Origin: Coriobacteriia bacterium | Lineage (GTDB): Bacteria > Actinomycetota > Coriobacteriia > WRKU01 > WQUG01 | DNA length: 25,428 bases | Assembly: GCA_009779395.1 (NCBI GenBank) | Contig: WREJ01000001.1 | Span: 1 to 25,428, forward strand | Reading direction: 5' to 3' | Shown here: positions 1 through 9,500 of the stretch, one piece after another | How positions within the stretch are numbered: the stretch's first letter is position 1 | How the letters are laid out: each line of letters starts with the position of its first letter | The notes under the pieces: model-generated | Databases searched by the model: none | Told to the model about the DNA's origin: nothing | The model's input: only the letters and a program-made list of their open reading frames with translations | Translations under genes and position numbers: made by a program

Positions 1-1
1 T

Positions 2-58
2 CTAGGTTTTTCTGAGAGCCCCCCCCCCCCCACGAAATTTGGGAATTCTGACGGTCAT
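2..58 (-). other. Possible 5' end of a gene interrupted at a G13 tract (reads MTVRIPKFRGGGGALRKT*)
   Basis: ATG at 58 preceded by SD-like GAAAGTGAG and an extended -10 at 91-99; TAG at 4-2 with 13 G; with 12 or 14 G the frame stays open to the window edge. Confidence 0.3.
19..31. repeat. Homopolymer C13 (G13 on minus strand)
   Basis: Direct count: gag-CCCCCCCCCCCCC-acg. Confidence 0.9.
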
Positions 59-90
59 GGCCGTCTCACTTTCGCTTCGGTGTCATCTGC

Positions 91-99
91 ATAGTAGCA
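91..99 (-). promoter_or_regulatory. Extended -10 promoter (TGCTACTAT)
   Basis: TGn-TAnnnT motif in the gap downstream of coaD, about 33 nt upstream of the ATG at 58. Confidence 0.45.
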
Positions 100-194
100 G
101 TTATTGTCGTTATTTCACGCATAACAGCACCATACTTTGGTGCGAAAAAAATTCTAACATGGCGGATGGTTTTTTGCGTACTGGATGCCTTTTC

Positions 195-680
195 TCACAT
201 AAATTTCAAACGCAGGGGTTCTTTTACATTGGGAGGGACCAGTCCACCAAGGGGGCCCTGCAAGGAGGCAATTTCTTTCACTGCCGAAGATGACAGGTAC
301 ATGTGGTCAGGAGACGACATGATAAAAATGGTCTCGACTTTTGCGTCCAGTCGCCAGTTGATGGCTGCCATTTGAAACTCGTTTTCAAAGTCGGTCATAG
401 CACGCAAGCCCTTGACAATAGCAGCGTCACCCTGCCTGTGGACAAACTCTACCAGCATCCCCTCAAAGGGAATAATTTGAACCTTTTTTAGATGAGCAGT
501 CGCACCACGTGCAAGCTCACAGCGCTCTTCTAGCGTAAACAGCGTGCCACAGCCACGTTTTGCCGCAGAGGCAGCGACACCCACGATTATCTCGTCAAAC
601 AGGGCGCACGCACGCTCAATTATCTCTAAATGTCCGCTGGTTATGGGGTCAAAAGTTCCCGGTATGACTGCTTTTTTCAT
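195..680 (-). CDS. coaD: Phosphopantetheine adenylyltransferase
   Basis: PGTFDPITSGH, KGLRAMTDFENE and LSSSAVKE motifs; SD AGAAGGGA; follows rsmD. Confidence 0.97.
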   Translation of the reverse strand: MKKAVIPGTFDPITSGHLEIIERACALFDEIIVGVAASAAKRGCGTLFTLEERCELARGATAHLKKVQIIPFEGMLVEFVHRQGDAAIVKGLRAMTDFENEFQMAAINWRLDAKVETIFIMSSPDHMYLSSSAVKEIASLQGPLGGLVPPNVKEPLRLKFM

Positions 681-715
681 CGGCGTTCCCTTCTATGTGC
701 GTGACGTGGCAGCCG

Positions 716-1330
716 CTACTTTAATTGTGCCACACCTGGCGGCGCGCATGCGAAATGCAGGCTACTGTCGCCGCAAAACTTCACCGTTAGGTCCCTGAAA
801 TTTGCTGGCAGCAGCTTTTGTGCATCTGCTGTGCGACAGCGTTCAATGACTATCAGAGCGCCGTCAGCAAAGACCCCTCTTTGGCGGAGTCTGTCCAACA
901 ATCGACAGAGTTTTTCGTCGGCAAAATCGTAGGGTGGATCAAAGAATAAAAGGTCTGCTTTTAGCCCTTTTAGGGCCCTCGGAAGGGCAAAAATGTCTTC
1001 ACAAATCACACACATTTCTCCGGCGAATTTGGCCGAATTATCACGTTGAGAGCTCTCTGAGAGCTTTTTGTAGTTACTTTCGATGATAATTGCGGCCTTC
1101 TGGTCAGCCTCTACCGCCACTACTTTTGCCGCACCACGCGACAGTGCCTCAAGGCCCAGCGCGCCGCTGCCCGCAAAGGCGTCCAGTACCAGCAAACCCT
1201 CAAAGCTGCCCAGCCGCGAATGCAGGCTAGAAAACAATGCCTCGCGCAGACGGTCACTGCTTGGTCGCGTATTGCGTCCTGTTGGTGTCTGCAGGCGCTG
1301 ACCACGCCATGTTCCGGCGATGATTCTCAT
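716..1330 (-). CDS. rsmD: 16S rRNA m2G966 methyltransferase
   Basis: MRIIAGTWRG, TRPSSDRLREALF, LDAFAGSGALGLEALSRGA, FFDPPY; start reset to ATG 1330, which overlaps the recG stop (ATGA). Confidence 0.95.
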   Translation of the reverse strand: MRIIAGTWRGQRLQTPTGRNTRPSSDRLREALFSSLHSRLGSFEGLLVLDAFAGSGALGLEALSRGAAKVVAVEADQKAAIIIESNYKKLSESSQRDNSAKFAGEMCVICEDIFALPRALKGLKADLLFFDPPYDFADEKLCRLLDRLRQRGVFADGALIVIERCRTADAQKLLPANFRDLTVKFCGDSSLHFACAPPGVAQLK

Positions 1331-3603
1331 CCGGCGGCTTTCCAATCACCCAGTTTGTCTTCGAGGGCTATTATGCGTGTGCGCAGCAGTGCTAGTTCGT
1401 CAGCAGCCAAATCAGGGTCTGCGTCAATAAGTGCCAGCGCGTCTGCGCGCGCAGCGTCAAGCAAGTCGCTGTCTGTGGCAAGGTCTGCAACCTTAAAGTT
1501 GGCAAGACCACTCTGGCGATTTCCCAACAGTTCACCTGCGCCGCGCAATTTCAGGTCAAGCTCTGCCAAATGAAAGCCATCATCAGTTGAAAGCAGGGCA
1601 GCAAAACGTTCTTGTGCAAGACGTGCAAAAGAATCTGACACCAGCCAGACCTCGCCTGCCACGTGCCCGCGCCCCACGCGCCCGCGCAACTGGTGCAGCT
1701 GCGCCAGACCGTAGCGATCCGCGTCAAGAACCAGCATGACCGTGGCGTTGTGGACGTCAACTCCTACTTCGATCACTGTCGTCGAGACCAAAATGTCTAT
1801 CTTTCCCGCACGAAAATCGTCCATGATGGCTGCTTTTTCTGCGCTGCGCATCCTGCCAGTCAGTACCTGAACACGGTAGTCGCTGAACTCGCCTGCTGCT
1901 AGCTGATGCATCATTTGAACAGCAGATTGTGCCTCGATTTTTGACGATTCATCGACCAGCGCACAGACAATGTATGCCTGCTGCCCCTTTTTGACCGCAG
2001 CGTGCACAGCGTCGTAGGCATCGGCGATTTTCTTAAAGCTAACCTTTTGTGTTGTGACGCCGGCACCCGCCACAGGACGCGTGTATAAATAGCTAGCAGC
2101 TAAATCCCCAAAAGCCGTCAGGGTCAGAGTGCGCGGAATGGGGGTCGCGCTCATGACCAGCACGTCTGCCGAACCCCCCTTGTGATGCAAAGCACGCCGT
2201 TGCTGCACCCCAAAACGGTGTTGCTCGTCGACAATAGCAAGGCTCATCTGTGCAAAAACGACGTCGTCTTCTAGCAAGGCGTGTGTGCCAAACAGCACTT
2301 GAATTTGCCCGCTACGCAGGTCGTCCAGCAGTTGTGCGCGAGCGTCAGCAGGAGTAGAGCCGCTCAGCAGTGCCCAGCGCAGGCCTATCTGGTCAAACAG
2401 CGGCCCCAGCTTGTGTGCGTACTGCTGCGCCAAGACCTCGGTTGGTGCCATCATGGCAGCCTGCGTGCCAGAATCTGCCGCCACGGCAAGGCCGTAGGCA
2501 GCAACAACCGTCTTGCCCGTACCCACGTCTCCTAAAAGCAAACGCTGCATGGGGTGCGGACTTGCCATGTCATCTAAAATCTGAGAAACGGCTACATCCT
2601 GATCATCTGTCAAATCAAAAGGCAGGCAAGCTGTCAAAGCCTGATGCAGTTTTCCAAAACACTGGTGAGCATGACCAGTACAGTTGCGCGTCAGGTGGTA
2701 GCGCTTTCTGGCAATCAGTAGCTGCAGGTCAAACAGTTCCCCATAAGCAAGACGTTCGCGTGCACGGTCTGCGTCTGCCATCTGCAGGGGAAAGTGCACC
2801 TGCTGCAATGCCCAGTTGTAGGGTGGTAGATTACGCTTGCGCAGCAGACTGGTCGGCAAATACTCACTGACGGCGGCGTAGTCGTCAATGGCAGCAGCAA
2901 TAATGCGCCGCAACCACCCAACAGAGAGCCCTTCGGTGGTGCTGTGCACCGGCAAAATTCGCCCCATGTTGGCAGTGCTGCGATTGCTACTAGCGTCATA
3001 GGAGTGCTGGTCACACTCCTCCGCTTGCTCTGCGCCCTCCTCGTCTGCTGCATCAGCGATTTTCTCGACAAAGGGTTGAATGATTTGCTTGAGGCCGTTG
3101 CGCAGTTTGACTTCGCCAGAAAACGCCAGCGTTTGTCCCTTGCGATAGCTGCGCGCGACCCAGGGTTGGTTAAACCAGACCCCAATGAGGGTGCCCGTGC
3201 CGTCGGTCAGTGTGACCTCGGTGATGGTCAGTTGACGACGACCCGTACTGCGTCCGCGACTGTGTGTTGTGCGCCGCGTGACCTCGTAGACCGTTCCCAC
3301 AACGGTCGCGTCCCCCGTCTTTAGCAGCCCTAGCTGTGCTGTGCTGGTCAAATCTAGATAACGATAGGGTACGTGATACAGCAGGTCGCCAATACGCTGA
3401 ATGCCTAAGGTGTCAAGCTGCTGTGCGCGCGCCGCATTAACAAAACGCGCTGTATGAGCAGGCTGTCCCCACCCGAGCAATCGCCGTGCGGGGTCACGTG
3501 GAGGAGTCTGACCACTACTGTTTGAAGTCGAGCGGGTCAAGGTCTCGCCAATGCAAGCTGGCTGTCGTGCCGGGACCACAGTAGATGCCGACGACAATGC
3601 CAA
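1327..3603 (-). CDS. recG: ATP-dependent DNA helicase RecG (start uncertain: ATG 3603, TTG 3540 or TTG 3480)
   Basis: Wedge domain; GDVGTGKT, APTEVLAQQ, DEQHRFGV, MSATPIPRT, TTVIEVGVDV, QLHQLRGRVGRG. Confidence 0.96.
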   Translation of the reverse strand: MALSSASTVVPARQPACIGETLTRSTSNSSGQTPPRDPARRLLGWGQPAHTARFVNAARAQQLDTLGIQRIGDLLYHVPYRYLDLTSTAQLGLLKTGDATVVGTVYEVTRRTTHSRGRSTGRRQLTITEVTLTDGTGTLIGVWFNQPWVARSYRKGQTLAFSGEVKLRNGLKQIIQPFVEKIADAADEEGAEQAEECDQHSYDASSNRSTANMGRILPVHSTTEGLSVGWLRRIIAAAIDDYAAVSEYLPTSLLRKRNLPPYNWALQQVHFPLQMADADRARERLAYGELFDLQLLIARKRYHLTRNCTGHAHQCFGKLHQALTACLPFDLTDDQDVAVSQILDDMASPHPMQRLLLGDVGTGKTVVAAYGLAVAADSGTQAAMMAPTEVLAQQYAHKLGPLFDQIGLRWALLSGSTPADARAQLLDDLRSGQIQVLFGTHALLEDDVVFAQMSLAIVDEQHRFGVQQRRALHHKGGSADVLVMSATPIPRTLTLTAFGDLAASYLYTRPVAGAGVTTQKVSFKKIADAYDAVHAAVKKGQQAYIVCALVDESSKIEAQSAVQMMHQLAAGEFSDYRVQVLTGRMRSAEKAAIMDDFRAGKIDILVSTTVIEVGVDVHNATVMLVLDADRYGLAQLHQLRGRVGRGHVAGEVWLVSDSFARLAQERFAALLSTDDGFHLAELDLKLRGAGELLGNRQSGLANFKVADLATDSDLLDAARADALALIDADPDLAADELALLRTRIIALEDKLGDWKAAG

Positions 3604-4417
3604 TCTGCCCCGTACCCGTAAAGGTGCCCGGCAGATTCGCCTTTTTCAGTTCGTCGTGTAGTTCATCCCCCTGTGCTGGGTTGTCAGCGAAAAGTATCAT
3701 GTAGTGTACATCACCCGTGTCGCTGTAACGCTCGCCAATCAGTTTGGGAATTGTCTGGAAAGCCTTTTTGCGCCCGCGTGTCTTTTTCACCGAATCTATA
3801 ACGCCGTCGTCTTCGAAGGTGCAAATTGGCTTGATGTCTAATGCTGATGCCACGAGTCCTGCCGTGCGACCGGCACGCCCACCACGCACCAGATACTCGA
3901 GGGTGTCAAAGACCATCAGCAAACTCATGGTGTCACGGACAGCCTCGACATACTGTACTAATTCATCCAAGTCCAGTCCTGCGTTTGCGCCCTTGACAGC
4001 TGACTGGCACAAAACAACCATCGGCCAGGTCACGATACGTGAATCGACAACTTTAGTAGGAATGGGTGCGTTCTCTGCCGCAAAAAGAGCAACATCATGG
4101 GTAGCAGAAAGCCCCGTCGACAGGGTAATAATTAGGGCTGCCTCATAGCCAGCGTCGGCCGCCTCTTGAATCTTTTGGTCATAGGCAAAGCGCGTAGGCT
4201 GTGAGGTTTTTGGTAGGCTGTTGTAATCGCTTAACAGTCGTTCCCAGAAATCCCGCACGCCAAAATCATCAGAGCTCGAGGCAGTACCATCAGGAAATAC
4301 CAGGGGAATAGGCACTATATCAAAGCCACATTCTTGCCCCTCGGGACCCGTGCGGTCGCAGCCGCCGTCAGTGATGATGGCGATCTTCGATTGATTGTTA
4401 GTAAGTTTTGCTGCCAC
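3515..4417 (-). CDS. DegV family fatty-acid-binding protein (FakB-like)
   Basis: PKTSQP, LSTGLSAT, LEYLVRGGR, LDIKPI, KTRGRKKA; GTG start with AGGAG SD; next to fakA. Confidence 0.92.
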   Translation of the reverse strand: MAAKLTNNQSKIAIITDGGCDRTGPEGQECGFDIVPIPLVFPDGTASSSDDFGVRDFWERLLSDYNSLPKTSQPTRFAYDQKIQEAADAGYEAALIITLSTGLSATHDVALFAAENAPIPTKVVDSRIVTWPMVVLCQSAVKGANAGLDLDELVQYVEAVRDTMSLLMVFDTLEYLVRGGRAGRTAGLVASALDIKPICTFEDDGVIDSVKKTRGRKKAFQTIPKLIGERYSDTGDVHYMILFADNPAQGDELHDELKKANLPGTFTGTGQIGIVVGIYCGPGTTASLHWRDLDPLDFKQ

Positions 4418-4426
4418 AAGAGACTC

Positions 4427-6082
4427 CTATTCACATGCCAATAGTAGAGGATAGAGCGGCTGGTCGCCACGCTGACTATCAATTTCAAGCTGAGGCCACT
4501 CTGCAGCAATTTGCTCGAGCAAAGCAGCAAGAGCCTGGTCAGAGTAGTCCTCACCTGCAAGGACGGTCAGGTTTTCGCAGTCACCAGCACCCAGTTTTGG
4601 CAGCAATGCTAGGGCAACCTCTTCGATGGTCGCACCCTTTGCCACAATATTTTTTGCATCTACAATGCCAATAATGTCGCCACAGGCAATCGCGCCAACA
4701 TCTGCCGCCTGCGAGTCTTTGATGGCAGTCGTAATCTCGCCGCAGCGCACTTCTTCGGCACTTTCGAGCATTTCTTGCGCAAGGTCGTCTAGGTCACTCA
4801 TGCCCGGGTCAAAGACCAGCATGGCAGAAAAGGCCGAAGGCACGTTAATTGTGGGAACCACCGCAGCCGGAACCGGCAAAGCAGTTGCCGCTGCCTGTGC
4901 TGCCATGACGATGTTTTTGTTGTTGGGCAAGAAAATAAAGTTGTCAGCAGAAAGTTTTGCTGCGGCATCGATAAAGTCTTGGGTGGAAGGATTCATGGTC
5001 TGTCCGCCCGTAATGACGCTGTCAACACCTAGGGATAACAAGATATTCGCCAGTCCATCACTGGGAGCCACGGCAATAGTAGCAACCGCCTTGTGTTCGA
5101 TAGCTGCTGCCGCACTACCACCTTGAGATTCTTGCTGCTTTTCTTGTTGCTGTTTCATATTATGGATGTTTACCTCTGCCAGCTCGCCATCAGCTAAGAA
5201 ATGAGCAAGAATCACCGCAGGGTCGTTGGTGTGGACGTGTACTTTGAACTGATTGCCCGCGCCAACGATAAGTTCGCTGCCGCCCACCGTCGCTAGATAG
5301 TCAAGCGCAACTTCTTTGTCAAAGCTATTGCTGCTATCAAAAAAGAGGAACTCGGTGCAATAGAGGAACTCGTCGTCGTTCCAGTCGTCAACGGGCACTA
5401 CCTGCAGGTCGCTGCCGCTAGCAGGGTCAAAGTGTTCGATGTCTGCCGCCTCGCGACCCAATAGAAGTGCTACAAAAGCATCGTAGACAATGACCAGCCC
5501 AAAACCGCCAGCATCGACTACATTTGCTTCTTTTAGCACGGGCAGCAGGTCGGGCGTGCGCCTGACCGATTCGTGCGCCGCCGCCGACACACCGTCTAAT
5601 GCTGTCTGAAAGTCAAGACCGGCATCTGCTGCAGCACGCGCTGCTTTTGCCATGTCGGTGACAACGGTCAGCATGGTGCCCTCAACTGGTTTGCGCACGG
5701 CCTGATAGGCAACCTCTTTTGCCTTTTCAAAGGCTGTTGCCAGACGCTCTACGGGGTCAAACCCTTCGGAGGCAACCAGACCTTCACAGATGCCGCGAAC
5801 TATCTGGGACAAAATGACGCCCGAATTTCCCCGTGCGCCCATCAGCGAGCCATGAGTCGCTGCTTTGCACAACTCTGCCATACTGGCGTTTTCTGGCAGC
5901 TTTGACAAATCACTGACAACAGAATCAAGGGTCAGTGACATATTGATGCCCGTGTCGCCGTCGGGAACGGGAAAAACATTCAGGCGATTGACTTCTTCAA
6001 CGCGTTCTTTGAGGGCAGCGGCAGCACCAGCAACAAGGGCTCGTGCTGGCAGCACCGCCACGTTGGTAATATTTGTGTCCAT
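4427..6082 (-). CDS. fakA: DAK2-domain fatty acid kinase catalytic subunit (FakA/YloV family)
   Basis: VNRLNVFPVPDGDTGINM, GARGNSGVILSQ, KPVEGTMLTV, VVDAGG, YCTEF, GGQTMNPS. Confidence 0.93.
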   Translation of the reverse strand: MDTNITNVAVLPARALVAGAAAALKERVEEVNRLNVFPVPDGDTGINMSLTLDSVVSDLSKLPENASMAELCKAATHGSLMGARGNSGVILSQIVRGICEGLVASEGFDPVERLATAFEKAKEVAYQAVRKPVEGTMLTVVTDMAKAARAAADAGLDFQTALDGVSAAAHESVRRTPDLLPVLKEANVVDAGGFGLVIVYDAFVALLLGREAADIEHFDPASGSDLQVVPVDDWNDDEFLYCTEFLFFDSSNSFDKEVALDYLATVGGSELIVGAGNQFKVHVHTNDPAVILAHFLADGELAEVNIHNMKQQQEKQQESQGGSAAAAIEHKAVATIAVAPSDGLANILLSLGVDSVITGGQTMNPSTQDFIDAAAKLSADNFIFLPNNKNIVMAAQAAATALPVPAAVVPTINVPSAFSAMLVFDPGMSDLDDLAQEMLESAEEVRCGEITTAIKDSQAADVGAIACGDIIGIVDAKNIVAKGATIEEVALALLPKLGAGDCENLTVLAGEDYSDQALAALLEQIAAEWPQLEIDSQRGDQPLYPLLLACE

Positions 6083-6083
6083 G

Positions 6084-6464
6084 TTACGCCCCCTGACGTA
6101 CTTTCACCTCAAGTACGTGTACATCAACACGGTTTACCACAACGTCGGTCATTGATGTCAAGGTATAGCGCACACGGTCAGCCAAGTTGCGCGAAACTTC
6201 TGCAAGCTGGGTACCGTATTCGATAACAACAAACAGGTCAACCTCGACCTGGTCAGGAATCGCTTCTCCGCCCGCATCGAGTGAGTTTGCAATCTTGACA
6301 CCCTTGCGCAGTTTCTGTGCCGGCAAAAGTTGTACCAGTCCATCACGCAAAGTAGGGGCGGCCATTCCAACAACGCCATAACTCTCCAACGCGGAATATC
6401 CCGCTAAATCGGCCAGCACATCTAAAGCAATATGTACCGCACCGCCCGTCAATTCACCTGACAT
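6084..6464 (-). CDS. Asp23/Gls24 family envelope stress protein (YloU-like)
   Basis: AGYSALESYGVVGMA, VDLFVVIEYG, VDVHV; start reset to ATG 6464 after SD GGGAAAGGGA; usual position before fakA. Confidence 0.9.
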   Translation of the reverse strand: MSGELTGGAVHIALDVLADLAGYSALESYGVVGMAAPTLRDGLVQLLPAQKLRKGVKIANSLDAGGEAIPDQVEVDLFVVIEYGTQLAEVSRNLADRVRYTLTSMTDVVVNRVDVHVLEVKVRQGA

Positions 6465-6498
6465 AGACAATCCCTTTCCCTGTAAATTAGCAGCGTCC

Positions 6499-6507
6499 AT
6501 TATAGCA
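6499..6507 (-). promoter_or_regulatory. Extended -10 promoter (TGCTATAAT) for the asp23-fakA-degV-recG-rsmD-coaD operon
   Basis: Perfect TGnTATAAT about 35 nt upstream of the asp23 start; no recognisable -35. Confidence 0.7.
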
Positions 6508-6520
6508 AAGCTAGATCATG

Positions 6521-6563
6521 AGAGTGTATCCAGACATGCAAAGCCGGTCGCCTGGTGCGCTCT
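6521..6563. repeat. Hairpin, copy of the intergenic repeat family (AGAGTGTATCCAG...CTGGTGCGCTCT)
   Basis: 12-bp stem with one bulge and two G-T pairs on the + strand, 18-nt loop; right arm is the exact reverse complement of 14406-14417. Confidence 0.65.
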
Positions 6564-6581
6564 ATGCCAGATATTTGATGC

Positions 6582-9500
6582 TTAGTGCATCAACGGTAGC
6601 TGTGCTGTGCGTTTGCCGTATTTTGCAGCAGTCACTATCACTGCCAGTGCAACAATCGCTGCAAGCAGCAATGCCATGCCAAAGGCACCTGTATCAAATC
6701 CTGATGGGGGCACAAAGATGGTGATGTTGGTAAAGTCTGCTCTGTTTGCAGCTTCGCCAAGTATTTGCATCGGCACGGTCAGAGTCGTGTTTGGCATGTC
6801 GGGGTTAGTAATACTTACTGGCTGACCATTGCTTACAAGAACTACCGAAGGCATAAAGTCAGTCACTGCTTGTTCTGTCACAGAATATCTGGCACCTACG
6901 TGAGTACCAACAAAAACAAGTGTCTGACCATGACGCAAGCTGACTGTCTGTGTTGCACCACTACTAAAGAACAGATAGGCGCCGTTGTCACTACTTCCTG
7001 CGATTGTTCCGTTATCTGTTGTTGTAACAACCGTGTTGTTTAGGCTGTCTACTACGTATGCCCTGTAGCCTGTGGGTGAGGTGAGGACAGAGGGCACCCA
7101 TATACCAAGGTCAAAGTCAAAGAAGCGTGTTTGGTTTGCTAGTACTCCTTCAACTGCTTTTGAGATGCGCAGTCCTCCTGCGACATTTGGGTCAAGCGGG
7201 TCATCGTTATCGTGATTTCTGACGAATATGTTAGTAAAAGTCAGTGCATCTGTCAGGTTATCGCTAATGTCAATCTTGTCCCCTGGAACGCCATCTACTA
7301 CGCGCTGCAAGAAAATTGCACTGACAAAAAGGCTATTTGTTGGTGCCGGTGCGGGCATGTTTTCGACCTGGAAGGTAATTTGGTAGACCGTCGGGTCAAA
7401 TAGCATGGTTTCTGTGTCAGTATTGGTGAAGGTATTATCTGCCTCGCTGATGCGATAGACAAAGAGTCCTGCAAAAGGAAAGGGCATTTCGTTTCTTAGC
7501 AGGAACTCAGAAATTTGTGTGAGTGTTAGTGTGTCACCGTCTGCTGTCCCTGTATCTGCCGTGCTGAAAGTAAGCGGAGTCACGCTTAAGGCTGGCATAT
7601 CTGCCATTTCTGCTGCAGACGAGTCTCCGTTGTAGCTATAAGCCTCGATGTTAAAGACAAAGTCTACCTGAGGAATCGTGGTACCTACAGGCATCAATAG
7701 GTTTTTGGTGATTGCAAGGTCAAGCTCGACTGTTTCTGTCGTAAAGGTATGCGTAAAGGGACCTGTCATAAAGACACCGCTTGTTGACATAAAGCCCTCT
7801 ATGAGCACGGTATAAGTCGTGGCAGGCCTTAAGACAGGCAAGGCTACGGTCAGTATCGAATTATCAGTGCACCACTGCGCGGTACTCAAATCAAGAATAT
7901 GTGTCTGCTCAACACCTGCCTCTGTCCAGCTAAGGGTTATCTGTCTTTCTGGGTTTGTTTGGCTAATCAGCTGGTCAAAAACAATGTAGAGGTGTTGCGC
8001 GCTGGCAGGAATTTCATGTCCCTTTGGTTCGACATCCATAACGACAACAGGTATAGGAACTTCTCCTGTGGTGAAAGTCCATACCGTGTTGGGGTATGCT
8101 CCGCCTGGCCCGGTACCGTGTGGATACATGACGTCGCCTAAGGAAGCATCACGAAAGCCTGAGGCTACTACCGTATGCAGAGTATCTGTTGCACGCAAGT
8201 CAAGGTCTGCGCTAAAGACTGAATTGGGAACAGTCACCCCTCCAATGACACTACTTGACCAGCTGCCGTTTGCGACATCTACCGTAGCACCGTTGCTTAC
8301 TTCAATAGTACCGAGAGATGTAGGTTCAGTACACATTTGCCGGTCGAAACGTATGATGATATGTGGCGTACAGTCAGGAGTTACGTTTTGTCTGCCACTG
8401 TAGGGTGTCGTTGCACTGCCAGCAGCAACAGCAGAAGGTAGCCAGTTAATAGCACTTTGCGGAACAGGCGACGCTGCTATTCTCCAGGGAATCCAGTTAT
8501 TGGTACCAGCACCCTGACCAGATGTTGTGGTGATCCCCTTGCCGAGTTGAGCATGGTTATTAGTTCCCCATGTCCACAAAGAGTCGTCTGTTTTCATGGC
8601 AAGGGAATGAATGCCCATCGTGGAAACATCAGCCAACAGCCAATCGCTAGCAGTGCCTACTTGCAGCGGTGTTGTTTGATTGCCTGTGGTAGTGCCCAGT
8701 CCTGTTCTGCCGTCTGCGTTAGTTCCCCATGCCCAGAGTGTGCCGTCTGATCTGATAGCATGGGAGTGATTAGCTCCTGCAGATACCTGCGTCCAGTTAG
8801 TAACCGTACCTACCTGCGCAGGTGTTGTTTGATCGCCTGCCGTAATGCCCAGTCCTGTTTGGCCATTTTCGTTAGATCCCCATGCCCAGAGCGTGCCATC
8901 TGATCGCAGAGCAAGGGAGTACGACTCTCCTGCAGATACCTGTGACCAGGTAGTGTCAATTCCTACTTGTGTAGGTACGAGGGTATTGGTCAGTGAGCTA
9001 ATACCTAGTCCTGTTCTGCCATTTGCGTTAAATCCCCATGACCAGAGCGTACCGTCTGATCTAATGGCAAGGGAGTGGCTCTGTTCTGCAGACACCTGTG
9101 TCCAGTTAGTGGCAGTACCTACCTGTGCTGGTGTTGTTTGAGTGCCTGTTGTTGTGCCGAGTCCTGTTTGGCCATTTCCACCAGCTCCCCATGCCCAGAG
9201 GGTGCCGTCTGATCTGATGGCATTGGAATGTATATGTCCGGCAGACACCTGTATCCAGTTAGTGGCAGTACCTACCTGTGCCGGTGTTGTTTGATTGCCT
9301 GTTGTCGTACCGAGTCCTGTTTGGCCATTTGTGTTAAGTCCCCATGCCCAGAGGGTGCCGTCTGCACTGATAGCAAGGGAGTGCTGAGCTCCTGCAGAAA
9401 AGGTCCTTGCTTCTGGATGGATATCCAAAGAATCAAAGGATGATATTCCCGTTTCCAGCACAGCAGAGCTGTCAGCTGCAGAAAAAGTATCGCCTGCAGA

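Noticed and set aside
181-194. GCATCCAG right after the coaD stop, resembling the repeat left arm
   Set aside because: Only 8 bp match and no right arm found
3405-3515. GTG overlapping the degV stop (TAGTG) as the recG start
   Set aside because: Out of frame with RecG and closes after 36 codons; no slippery sequence seen
5120-5160. Gln-rich stretch in FakA (QQQEKQQESQ)
   Set aside because: Ordinary variable interdomain linker
1083-6155. Multiple 60-170 aa alternative-frame ORFs over rsmD, recG, degV and fakA
   Set aside because: Fully overlap well-supported genes; no motifs
8475-9407. Diversity-generating retroelement template/variable repeat pair
   Set aside because: Repeats are in-frame protein repeats; no reverse transcriptase or non-coding template in the window; adenine bias not formally tested
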